Program-made: the position numbers and the translations under genes
From: an uncultured Methanoregulaceae archaeon
Lineage (GTDB): Archaea > Halobacteriota > Methanomicrobia > Methanomicrobiales > Methanospirillaceae
Direction: 5' to 3'
NCBI GenBank assembly: GCA_963737635.1
Contig: CAVTTL010000001.1
Span: 320,001-384,000, forward strand
Length of the DNA: 64,000 bases
The notes under the pieces: model-generated
Told to the model about the DNA's origin: nothing
Database searches by the model: none
What the model saw: only the letters and a program-made list of their open reading frames with translations
In this document: positions 1 through 8,706 of the stretch, one piece after another
Numbering within the stretch: position 1 is the first letter of the stretch
Layout: each line of letters opens with the position of its first letter

Positions 1-121
1 CTGGAGGAATCGCCGGGCATAGCTCTGATCGCCGCCGGCGGGCTTCTCGTCCGGCGCTGGTGGATCCGCAGGCAGAATCCGGCCCTGTTCCGGAAATACG
101 ATTAACCCCTTTTTTATCCGG
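1..121 (+). repeat. Gene-tail repeat copy 1: 3' end of a membrane-anchored protein gene (..[29 protein letters not shown], stop 103-105) plus T-run and ATCCGG; gene may continue upstream of the window
   Basis: Direct translation of frame +1; near-identical to 1001-1113 and 2173-2284. Confidence 0.9.
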
Positions 122-426
122 ATCCCCTCGCTGGGCAGATCTCTGTCTGATCGGGCACAATTATATCAGGATTGCTCATTTGGAACATGGTTTGTCAGAC
201 TATAGTCAACAAGAAGGAAGGAAGTGTCGTATTATGCTCCGATAAAGAAGCAAAGAAACTCTCGGGATCGACATCGAAACGCTTCACGGGATACATCCAT
301 TTCGCCGGTATCTCTACCCGGTTGCGATTTTTCATTCCCAAGCGGGTGTGTGTGAGATAAAATGATTACAACAAAGATTATCTTTTCATGGTTCGAACAG
401 GTACGATAATCCATGGGGGGAAGACC

Positions 427-627
427 ATGCAGCTGAAAGTTGTGATCACCAAAGGCGAAGATGGCTGGTATGTTGTAACAGTCCCCGCACTTCCCGGTTG
501 TATTTCACAGGGACGGACAATCAGGGAGGCAAAACAGAATATCAGAGAAGCGGTCTCCCTGTACCTTGAACCAGATGAGGATATCATCACGGAAAAAGGT
601 GCACGGGTCATCGAGGTTGCGGTGTGA
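427..627 (+). CDS. hicB: HicB-family antitoxin (short, no DNA-binding domain)
   Basis: EDGWYVVTVPALPGCISQGRTIREAKQNIREAVSLYLE is the typical HicB pattern; stop overlaps the hicA start (GTGA). Confidence 0.9.
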   Translation: MQLKVVITKGEDGWYVVTVPALPGCISQGRTIREAKQNIREAVSLYLEPDEDIITEKGARVIEVAV

Positions 628-855
628 AGCATCTCCCGGTACTATCCGGCAGCGATGCAATCCGGGTATTAACCCGGGCGGGATTCTCATTCGTACGCCA
701 GAGAGGAAAGTCATGTCCGGATGAAAAAGCAGCAACCGGACACTACCTTTAATGTTACTATCCCTCTGCATGATGAACTTGACCGTACAACACTCCGTAC
801 AATCATCAAAGCGGCGGGACTTTCTGAAGATGAGTTCCTGAAACTTCTGGAATGA
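624..855 (+). CDS. hicA: HicA-family mRNA interferase toxin, one-base frameshift at ~707
   Basis: Manual translation [68 protein letters not shown]; extra A in GGAAAGTCAT breaks the GSH motif; absent from ORF track. Confidence 0.85.
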
Positions 856-1000
856 CACCTTTCTTTTGCTCCTGTCCTTGTCAGAGGCTTCCCTTGTCCC
901 CGGGCCCAAACGTCTTTCAAAGACCGAAGCGTCTTCTGCTCCGGCAAAACCGGTTCCGGCGGACGGCAGTGGGCCTTCCCCGATTATTATCGTGGCTGGG

Positions 1001-1113
1001 ATCGCCGGGATCGTGCTGATGGTCTCCGGCGGACTGCTCATCCGGCGCTGGTGGATCCGCCGGCAGAACCCGGCCCTGTTCCGGAAATACGATTAACTCT
1101 TTTTTTAATCCGG
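1001..1113 (+). repeat. Gene-tail repeat copy 2 (orphan C-terminus: Pro/Ala/Ser linker, TM helix, [17 protein letters not shown], stop 1094-1096)
   Basis: ORF 866..1096 ends in the same peptide; begins just after the hicA stop so no room for a full-length gene. Confidence 0.9.
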
Positions 1114-1246
1114 CTTTGCCGGCTTCTCGCGGAAATATCCTCAATGAAAGCCGGTGCCGGCATATACCCTTATCAAGGGTATCTGATAGGAGAAACCTGA
1201 TGTGCAGAAACGTCCAAGAAAGATCAGGAATATTGGGGAATCCATC

Positions 1247-1436
1247 CTGAAAGTCCGTGAGATTATTAAAATGATAGAGAACGACGGATGGTTCCTTGTC
1301 GCAACAAAGGGGAGTCATCGCCAGTACAAGCACCCAGAGAAATCCGGCAGGATCACTATTGCCCGGCCATCCGTCTGAAGATCTTGCGCCCGGCACAATG
1401 AACAGTATCGTAAAACAGGCACATATAAAGGATTGA
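1247..1436 (+). CDS. hicA: HicA-family toxin (second module), one-base frameshift at ~1362; start uncertain (CTG 1247 or GTG 1202)
   Basis: Manual translation KVREIIKMIENDGWFLVATKGSHRQYKHPEKSGRITIA/GHPSEDLAPGTMNSIVKQAHIKD. Confidence 0.85.
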
Positions 1437-1441
1437 GTACC

Positions 1442-1660
1442 ATGCACCGGTTCCTTATCGTGATTGAAAAAGCGGAAAAGAATTACTCGGCATATTCACC
1501 GGACCTTCCCGGATGCGTCGCAACGGGAAAGACCCGGGAAGAGACTGAAGAGCGGATGCACGAGGCAATCGAGATGCATATCCGGGGAATGATCGAAGAC
1601 CGGATACCAGTCCCGAAGTCTCATTCATCCGCGACATTTGTCGCAGTCCAGGCTGACTGA
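1442..1660 (+). CDS. hicB: HicB-family antitoxin (second module)
   Basis: YSAYSPDLPGCVATGKTREETEERMHEAIEMHI motif, directly downstream of hicA. Confidence 0.9.
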   Translation: MHRFLIVIEKAEKNYSAYSPDLPGCVATGKTREETEERMHEAIEMHIRGMIEDRIPVPKSHSSATFVAVQAD

Positions 1661-1786
1661 CAGCGGCCAGGCCACTTTTGCAAAGACCGGATTTTCCGGG
1701 CAAAACGATGTCGGCATCACAGATGGTGAATGGTACTAAACTCTCTTAATACCGGAACCAGATATCTGTATACAATCCGAACAGGT

Positions 1787-1861
1787 ATGGATTTCAAAAT
1801 TGCGACCGAAAAAGATAAGGATGGCTGGTATATTGTTACCGTACCGGCATTACCGGACTGA
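1787..1861 (+). pseudogene. Truncated hicB (N-terminal 24 codons)
   Basis: MDFKIATEKDKDGWYIVTVPALPD*, closely similar to the first HicB (DGWYVVTVPALPG). Confidence 0.75.
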
Positions 1862-2046
1862 TTTTATGTCAGGGTAAAAACAGTCTTACGGTGGAATATG
1901 CCTTGAGGGACATGAAGAAGCCGATCGGTGTCATCGAATGGCAGACAAAACTGATAGAATCGCTTCCAAAAAGGCCCCGAGGAAGCTTGCCGACCGTGGA
2001 AGACTTGGAGGCTGAGTTCGCGAAAGGCGGAAAAAAGACGTCATAA
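1855..2046 (+). pseudogene. C-terminal remnant of a DUF1016/YhcG PD-(D/E)xK nuclease-like gene
   Basis: Frame +1 reads GLILCQGKNSLTVEYALRDMKKPIGVIEWQTKLIESLP..GSLPTVEDLEAEF, matching the DUF1016 C-terminal pattern; N-terminus missing. Confidence 0.75.
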
Positions 2047-2172
2047 ATTGTCAGCTCGTGTATTTGTCCCACAAGCTGTGGGACAATTTACGGTCACGAA
2101 GCCGCCGGTCTGGTTTTCCCAGCCATACCGGCAACGAGCATCGGGTCTTCGCTTCTCCTTGCCGGCATCGGC

Positions 2173-2284
2173 ATTGCCGGGATTGTGCTGATTGTCGCCG
2201 GTGGGCTTCTCGTCCGGCGCTGGTGGATCCGCAGACAGAACCCGGCCCTGTTCCGGAAATACGATTAACCTTTTTTTAATCCGG
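2173..2284 (+). repeat. Gene-tail repeat copy 3 (orphan: ..[35 protein letters not shown], stop 2266-2268)
   Basis: Frame +1 translation; in-frame stop at 2044-2046 and no ATG between it and the tail. Confidence 0.9.
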
Positions 2285-2500
2285 GCTACGGATCGGGCAC
2301 TGAGTAATGCCCGGCGGTATCGGGTGGAACCAGTGTGCGGCAACGTCAAAAAAAGAACCCGTTATGATACCTAGTAATATATCAAGTATAAGGAAAATGA
2401 GAGGATGCGTTTTTTTCAAGTGTCGACAGTACAAGCAATTTACGCCAAATATCCTGCACGGTACAAAATAATATCATGAGTAAGGGAGAATGAAGATCAA

Positions 2501-2770
2501 ATGGACGGAGTTAACGTAAAATGGCTGAACGATATCCTCATGGGTATCACGTTCTTAATCTGTTTTATTACCGGACTTTTGAAATACAGCGTTCTTTTGC
2601 AGGTGACCGGGTTAAACAACGTCATCCTTCCCGGCGCATTGATCTCCGATCTCCATGACTGGTCCGGCATTGTTCTTGGGATCTTTGTCTTCCTCCACCT
2701 GTTCCTGAACCGCCGGTGGATTATTTCCACGACTCACAAAATAGTTACCGGGACCGGCCCGGAACCCTGA
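2501..2770 (+). CDS. DUF4405-like small membrane protein
   Basis: Two hydrophobic segments, DLHDWSG..LHLFLN motif. Confidence 0.65.
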   Translation: MDGVNVKWLNDILMGITFLICFITGLLKYSVLLQVTGLNNVILPGALISDLHDWSGIVLGIFVFLHLFLNRRWIISTTHKIVTGTGPEP

Positions 2771-2814
2771 TCACTGGCCGGTTCCACCCGGCGGCCGGGA
2801 AAAAAGAATCAGAC

Positions 2815-3504
2815 CTAGAAGAAACTCTGGTTCAGGTTCCCGGAGAGCGAATACCCTCGTTGTTCCCAGTAGCCCTGGTAGGTAGGATTGTCGGTAAGTT
2901 CTATTTTGTCGATCCATTTGATCCACTTGTACCCCCACTTGTCCTCTGCCACCAGCTGGAACGGATACCCGCGTTCTGCGGGAAGGGTGACGTTATTTAT
3001 CCGGTATGCCATGATAATGTCCTGCTGGGTGAAGTAGCTGAGAGGAAATGAGGTAGTATACCCATCGGTGGCGGTGAACACCACCGTATTTGCCCGGGGA
3101 TCGACACCTGCATCATTAAGGATATCCCGTACAAGCACGCCCTGCCACAGGACAGTTGCGTCCCAGCCTTCCACGCAGTGGAGGGTCACCACTTTGGAAT
3201 AATCCGGGAACTGTGTAAGAATCTGGCCATAGGAATACGTGACCGTACGTTTGGTCAGTCCAGTCACCGTCAACTGGTAGGTGGAAGTATTGACATGCTG
3301 GACGCCATTTATTGCATTCTCCCGGAAATCGTTGATGGACGAGAGATCCTGTCCCTGGTAGGAACGTACTTCAACCGGGGAAAGCGGGGTAGCACCTCCG
3401 GTATTTTGTCCTATTCCGTAAAGAGGGCCGATAAAAATCACGGCTACAATAACGATCGCTGCAACGGCGGCGAGCACACCGGCGAGCATGACCCGGGGAT
3501 TCAT
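2815..3504 (-). CDS. Membrane-anchored molybdopterin-dependent oxidoreductase (sulfite oxidase/MsrP-like domain)
   Basis: LHCVEGW, ERGYPFQLV..KWGYKWIKWI, GYWEQRGY motifs; N-terminal TM helix. Confidence 0.85.
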   Translation of the reverse strand: MNPRVMLAGVLAAVAAIVIVAVIFIGPLYGIGQNTGGATPLSPVEVRSYQGQDLSSINDFRENAINGVQHVNTSTYQLTVTGLTKRTVTYSYGQILTQFPDYSKVVTLHCVEGWDATVLWQGVLVRDILNDAGVDPRANTVVFTATDGYTTSFPLSYFTQQDIIMAYRINNVTLPAERGYPFQLVAEDKWGYKWIKWIDKIELTDNPTYQGYWEQRGYSLSGNLNQSFF

Positions 3505-3578
3505 AAAAGTACATCGACATGCGGGATAATGAAGAATGAGATAGAGGCAGATTCCCCATTACGCCGGTAGGATCGGCA

Positions 3579-4343
3579 TCACTCAAGATTTGCGATCGTC
3601 GCAAAATCCTCCAGGTACAATTCTTCCGGCCGGCTTTTGAGGATCACTTCGGGAAGCGCGGTGATCGCCCGGTCTGCCCAGTCCCGATCGAGTATTCCCG
3701 ACGATCCTCTCAGGCCGTTTTTCACAGTCTTTCTCCGGTGGGTAAAGAGCGCCCGCACGACTTCTTCATACCGTTTTTTGTCATTGACGCCGAAAATCGG
3801 TGGACGCGGAATGATCTTAACAACCATCGAGTGTACCTGAGGCTTAGGTGAGAAACACGTAGGCGGGAGCGTAAAGCACTGCTGCACGACCGCATAGGTC
3901 TGGACCATAATCGAAAGCCGCCCACAATCCTTTGTGCCAGCCGGGGCGATCATACGCCTGGCAAACTCCTCCTGGAACATCAGGACGGCCACTTGAAATC
4001 CGGCATCGAGAAGGCGAAACGTAATCTTCGACGAAACAGAGTAAGGGAGATTGGAAACAACCATCTCAAACGGGGGGAGTTCGCACCGGATCGCGTCCCC
4101 ATGCGTAACCGTGAGTGTATCATCCCGGATTTCGGCTGAGAAAAGGTCGGCAAGCTCTTCACAGAGATGCCCGTCAAGCTCTACCGCATGGACAATGGCA
4201 CCCCGGTCGAGGAGGGCCCGGGTCAGGGCCCCGTTTCCCGGCCCGACCTCAAGGACTGTCCTTCTTTTCACTTCCGCAAGATCCGCGATCCGGTTTACCG
4301 CGTTCTTATCAATGAGGAAGTGCTGGTCGTGATGGGCTTTCAT
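3579..4343 (-). CDS. rsmA: 16S rRNA m6,2A dimethyltransferase
   Basis: QHFL, LEVGPGNGALT, SNLPYS motifs; conserved archaeal context. Confidence 0.95.
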   Translation of the reverse strand: MKAHHDQHFLIDKNAVNRIADLAEVKRRTVLEVGPGNGALTRALLDRGAIVHAVELDGHLCEELADLFSAEIRDDTLTVTHGDAIRCELPPFEMVVSNLPYSVSSKITFRLLDAGFQVAVLMFQEEFARRMIAPAGTKDCGRLSIMVQTYAVVQQCFTLPPTCFSPKPQVHSMVVKIIPRPPIFGVNDKKRYEEVVRALFTHRRKTVKNGLRGSSGILDRDWADRAITALPEVILKSRPEELYLEDFATIANLE

Positions 4344-4903
4344 TTCGTCGTGAAGAGATGGTACTTGACGTCTTTATCCTGAAGCTCTTCGAGGATCCGG
4401 GCCTGAATCATCTTTTCCGGATGGGGGATCGACTTGATCCGGGCCGAAATATCAGCAAAGTTCTCAAACGGCTTCCGGTTCCGGGCTTCCAGCACCTCCC
4501 ACATCAATTTCTTGCCGATACCGGGCAGCAGGTGCAACATGTGAAGCTTGGGGGTGATGGAAATTGCCTTGTTAAAGAAGGTGACAAAATCCTGTTCCCG
4601 GTCTGTCACGACCTGTTCGATCATGAACGGCAGCTCCCCCCGGGCAGTCTGCGTCAGCTCGTCATAACTGATCCGGCGTTTTACGCGTTCGATTTTGTCA
4701 CGCGAGGAGTCCCCGATATAGACTTTATCGTGGAGGTTGATTACCACCCCAGGTTTGGGGATCAATTCGAGGAGCTTGAACTGCTCAAGACCCATTGCCT
4801 GAACAACAGGTTCGCGTTTAAACTGCGGCCGGGGATCCTCGGCATGCCCTTTCATGAGCACATCCAGTACGATCGCGTTGACCTCTTTTTTCTCGGCCTT
4901 CAT
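4340..4903 (-). CDS. DUF655 family RNA-binding protein
   Basis: HhH LPGIGKK motif; usual position between rpo4 and rsmA. Confidence 0.85.
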   Translation of the reverse strand: MKAEKKEVNAIVLDVLMKGHAEDPRPQFKREPVVQAMGLEQFKLLELIPKPGVVINLHDKVYIGDSSRDKIERVKRRISYDELTQTARGELPFMIEQVVTDREQDFVTFFNKAISITPKLHMLHLLPGIGKKLMWEVLEARNRKPFENFADISARIKSIPHPEKMIQARILEELQDKDVKYHLFTTK

Positions 4904-4913
4904 GATCTGCACC

Positions 4914-5265
4914 TCAGAAGTGTGCCATGACCAGGTCGATAATGGAATCAATCTCTTCGGGCGAAAGCGTAAATCGCTCTTTTGCGAAGATTGCCCGCAC
5001 TTCGTCCCTGCTTTTAGGCATGATATTTGCTATACGGTAGGCAATCTCCGGCTTCATTTTCTCCAGCTTGAGGAGCTTATCCACGAGATCTTTGGATTTT
5101 TCAGGCGTGGTCTTGGCAAGATGGTTGGCATGGTCCATACTGCGCCTGAACTCGTAGGACAACTCCTTCTCGGCAGCGATCCTCTCTGATTCCACTCCCA
5201 TAAGAGCTGACGCGGAGTTCGGGGAGAGTAACCTTCTCTTCGCTAAGAATACCCTTCACTTTCAT
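4914..5265 (-). CDS. rpo4: RNA polymerase subunit Rpo4 (F); frameshift near 5205
   Basis: ELSYEFRRSMDHA..IANIMPKSRDEVRAIF; N-terminus MKVKGILSEEKVTLPELR lies in another frame from ATG 5265. Confidence 0.88.
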
Positions 5266-5286
5266 GCCAATCACCTGACAATGAGT

Positions 5287-5577
5287 TTACTTTTGTGCTT
5301 TTAGATGTTGCGGTCTTGCAATGACCGTTTTTTCCGCATTACCGTCGTTAATGGTGAGCATCCATGCCCGGCCGCGTTTGCCGATTACCGTGCCCGTGAG
5401 GCCGTGGAACCGGCGGTGCGGCATCCCTTTCTGGATGCTCGAATTCACAACAATGTGTACTTTCGCGCCGATCTCGAACTGCTGGATGACGGAGGTAACC
5501 GGCGGCAGCCCGCGCTGTCTCAATTCTTTCTTGAACTTATACCGTGTTTTCTTTCTTGGTCCGTTGTGATGTGCCAT
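5287..5577 (-). CDS. rpl21e: 50S ribosomal protein L21e
   Basis: KGMPHRRFHGLTGTV, RPQHLK motifs. Confidence 0.97.
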   Translation of the reverse strand: MAHHNGPRKKTRYKFKKELRQRGLPPVTSVIQQFEIGAKVHIVVNSSIQKGMPHRRFHGLTGTVIGKRGRAWMLTINDGNAEKTVIARPQHLKAQK

Positions 5578-5579
5578 TG

Positions 5580-6813
5580 TTAATCTCCCTCCTTTGGTCC
5601 TTCAACATGCACGACATCAAGACTGGTGACGTGCGCCGATCGCTGCAGGATCTCGGCAAGACTCGGGGTGGTCCTTCCCTGATCGCCTGATATGAGTTCC
5701 TTGATATAGAGGCCGGCTTCGCCGAGGACTTCGAGAATAAACTGTCCATCCTGTTCCCCTATGCACTCGATATCGAGGACTTTACGCTCCCGGACTTTAT
5801 CTGCTCTCCGGTGGGCGACCCGTTCGGGCGTGCGCTGGTGTATTGTGACGCCCTTTAAGGTATTCAGGGCATTTACCAGCACTTCTGCCGGTAATTGCCC
5901 TTCGACCTCGACCAGGATCCTGTATTTTTTATGCGCTTTACTTGATTTAAGGGTTTCCACATCAGAACGGTCGGTCCAGTGTGAAAGGGAAACCGCGACC
6001 CTTCCTTCGGCAGTTCGGTTGATCTCCGATTCGAGTGCGCCAAGGGAAACCGACCGCTTTTTCGGGGCGACGATCTCGAGGATGAATGGACGGCCGGTGC
6101 CGATCATCCGTGCATCGATATCTTCCCTGCCCGGCTCCGTGCAGGACAGCATTTCCAGCATCGAATGCCTCAATTGCAGGCCTGCCAATCAGTTCTTCCA
6201 CCGAATCCATGTACTGCTTGCCCGTATAGTTACACTTCTCGCAACCGGCTCCCTTGCAGGACCGGCAGTTCCAATGGGTCTGGGGGATACCGCGTTCGAA
6301 CTTCTGGTATCTTCCGTAGAAAAAGAGGGAATTCACCTGGATTTCAACAGTACCGCCTGCCGGATCGATCAGGGCAACGACGTCGGGTTTTTTGAATTCC
6401 ACCACCTTTCCCGTAATTGCCGAGACCGCTTTTCCCACCTCCCGGTTCACTTCGGACTTAAATGGCTCGGGATCCCCAAGGGAGAGGTCGCTCCAGACCA
6501 TCTCCTCGTTCTCTGCAATAAGCGGGGGCACCCGACAGCCGACGAGGAACGTCGAGTACTCGTAGCCTTCCAGCGCACAAACAACCTTATCCGCCCATCC
6601 GGACACATCGTCAAAGAAGTTTCCGCAGATCCAGCATGTGCCGGAGAAGTGATCGTATGGCTGGTTTGCAGCCAAAGCCCGTGCTATCCGGAGCCCTTTT
6701 CCCCGCTCGTCATTGCCAAGGCCATGTGACCGTTTACCGAAAAACCGGCCCAGGCAATGATCGCAACAGTCGCCATACGCCAGAATTTTTTCCACTTGTT
6801 CGTTCATTTCCAT
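5580..6813 (-). CDS. pus10: tRNA pseudouridine(54/55) synthase Pus10; frameshift near 6130
   Basis: GRYQKFERGIPQTHW and HGAG/REDIDARM catalytic motif split over ORFs 5962..6813 and 5580..6188; GLYIKELISGD. Confidence 0.92.
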
Positions 6814-7379
6814 CCGTTTTTCCTCCGGTCAATCTCATTCGAGATCACGGTAATCGTATGATCGGCGTGCAGGCAGGCGGGTCCCACCGAATACCGGGAT
6901 GTATCCTTGATCAGTATCTCCTCATCGTCGGAAAAATTCTGGTGATCGGAGAGGAGATACCCTTCCGGAATACCCGGTACCGTTCGGATATCAGTGCCTT
7001 TCTCGTCGAGTACGGCAAACGCATGTTCCGTAAAAAGACGTTCAAGGCCGGCGGTCCTCACATAAACACCGGGGGCTGCTTCGCGAAACTCACTCCCGCA
7101 GGGTATCGAGAGCCCTTTTTTGATGAGCGCCCCGGCACTTCTTTCATCAGGAGAGAGAGAACGGATCTCGCTCCCCCGGAACAACACGGTTTTTGGCGAT
7201 TTTGGTTCGCCACGTAAGACAAGGTAACAATCCACGTCCCGGCGCAGGTCATGCGAAAGGAAGAGAGAGGCATTCACGCAGCGGCAGAGCACGTCCATAC
7301 GCCCTGCTCCGGGAAGATCGTTGAGGGAAAAGTCCCCGTCTGTGCGGGCAAGGTGCCCGACAATGGCAAACGAGGTCAT
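6804..7379 (-). CDS. trmY: tRNA (pseudouridine54-N1)-methyltransferase
   Basis: FSLNDLPGAGRMDVLCRC, PDERS, LSDH SPOUT motifs; adjacent to pus10. Confidence 0.92.
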   Translation of the reverse strand: MTSFAIVGHLARTDGDFSLNDLPGAGRMDVLCRCVNASLFLSHDLRRDVDCYLVLRGEPKSPKTVLFRGSEIRSLSPDERSAGALIKKGLSIPCGSEFREAAPGVYVRTAGLERLFTEHAFAVLDEKGTDIRTVPGIPEGYLLSDHQNFSDDEEILIKDTSRYSVGPACLHADHTITVISNEIDRRKNGWK

Positions 7380-7380
7380 C

Positions 7381-8706
7381 TCACTGCATTCCGGAGAAGC
7401 GCTTCATCAGGCGCTGCATGTTGAATTTCCCGCCTGCAGCTCCCCGAAGCCCCTTGAGGGTCTTATGCATCATCTTGTAATATTTCAGGAGTTCCCTGAC
7501 TTCTTCGGGAATACCGCCGGTGCCCCGGGCGATCCGTTGCATCCGCGAACTGGTGATGATGGCAGGATCGTCGAGTTCCTGAGAAGTCATCGAGTCCATG
7601 AGTATCCGATACCGCACCATCTTGGTGCTCGTTACATCATAGACACCCTCGGGAAGCTGTATGTTGCCCATCGGGAGCATATTCATGATCTGCTTGAGGG
7701 GACCCATTTTGTTGAGAGCTTCGAGCTGCTTGTACATGTCGCGAAGAGTGAAGTGCCCCTTCATCATCGCATCCATGTCCATCTCGTTTGCTACCTGGGC
7801 TTCCTGAACTTTTTCCGCCAGTGCCTGGAGATCACCCATCCCGAGAAGCCGCGAGATAAAACCATTTGCGTCGAAGCGTTCAAGATCCTCAATGGTCTCT
7901 CCTGCGCCGATAAAGACGATCCCGCTCTTTGTCTCGGCAACGGCCGAGAGAGCGCCCCCGCCTTTTGCCGTACCGTCCATTTTCGTGATGATGACACCGT
8001 CAATCCCAATCGCTTCATGGAACCGGCGTGCCTGTTCGCTTGCCTGCTGGCCAAGCGCGGCGTCGATCACGAGCCAGCGGTGGTTGGCTTTCGTGAGCAC
8101 ATTGAGATCGATAATCTCCTGGATAAGATCGGGTTCGAGCGCATGGCGTCCCTGGGTATCGACAATAATGACCTCAAGATCTTTTATGGCGACAAGGCCT
8201 TCCCGGACTATCTTCCTGGCGTCGGTGACCTTAGGATCGCCAAAGCAGGGGACATTGATCTTTGCACAGAGAGTGGAAAGCTGATCATATGCCCCGGGCC
8301 TGAAGGTATCGGCGCAGATTACCCCGACTTTCATCCCCTTTTTCTGGAAGTAGCGGGCGATCTTTGCTGTTGTTGTGGTCTTCCCGCTTCCCTGGAGACC
8401 GGCCATCAGGATGACCTGTGGCTCGAGCCTTAAGTCTGCCGTGGCATAGACGAGCCTGACCAGTTCCTGGTAAACAATCCGAAGGACATGTTCCCGGACG
8501 TTGGTGTTTTTTGGCAGCTCCTCGTCAAGCGACCGGGTACGGATCGCCTTTGAGAGTTCCATCACCAGCTTGACATTCACATCTGCTGAAAGAAGCGCCC
8601 GCTGGAGGTTTTTGACTAGTTCGTCAACCGCTGCCCGGTCAACGACCGCTTTCCCGGCGAGTTTCTTGAGGGCATCCTTAAGCGAGGCGGAAAGAGAGTC
8701 CATCAT
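7381..8706 (-). CDS. srp54: Signal recognition particle protein SRP54
   Basis: GLQGSGKTTT, DTFRPGA, TKMDGTAKGGG; Met-rich M domain. Confidence 0.97.
   Translation of the reverse strand: MMDSLSASLKDALKKLAGKAVVDRAAVDELVKNLQRALLSADVNVKLVMELSKAIRTRSLDEELPKNTNVREHVLRIVYQELVRLVYATADLRLEPQVILMAGLQGSGKTTTTAKIARYFQKKGMKVGVICADTFRPGAYDQLSTLCAKINVPCFGDPKVTDARKIVREGLVAIKDLEVIIVDTQGRHALEPDLIQEIIDLNVLTKANHRWLVIDAALGQQASEQARRFHEAIGIDGVIITKMDGTAKGGGALSAVAETKSGIVFIGAGETIEDLERFDANGFISRLLGMGDLQALAEKVQEAQVANEMDMDAMMKGHFTLRDMYKQLEALNKMGPLKQIMNMLPMGNIQLPEGVYDVTSTKMVRYRILMDSMTSQELDDPAIITSSRMQRIARGTGGIPEEVRELLKYYKMMHKTLKGLRGAAGGKFNMQRLMKRFSGMQ

Noticed and set aside
172-360. 62-aa ORF after repeat copy 1
   Set aside because: No recognisable motif; might be a small cargo gene or remnant but cannot be supported
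1-2300. The three repeats as a CRISPR array or IS ends
   Set aside because: Units are ~115 bp, protein-coding, diverge synonymously and are ~1 kb apart; no cas or transposase genes
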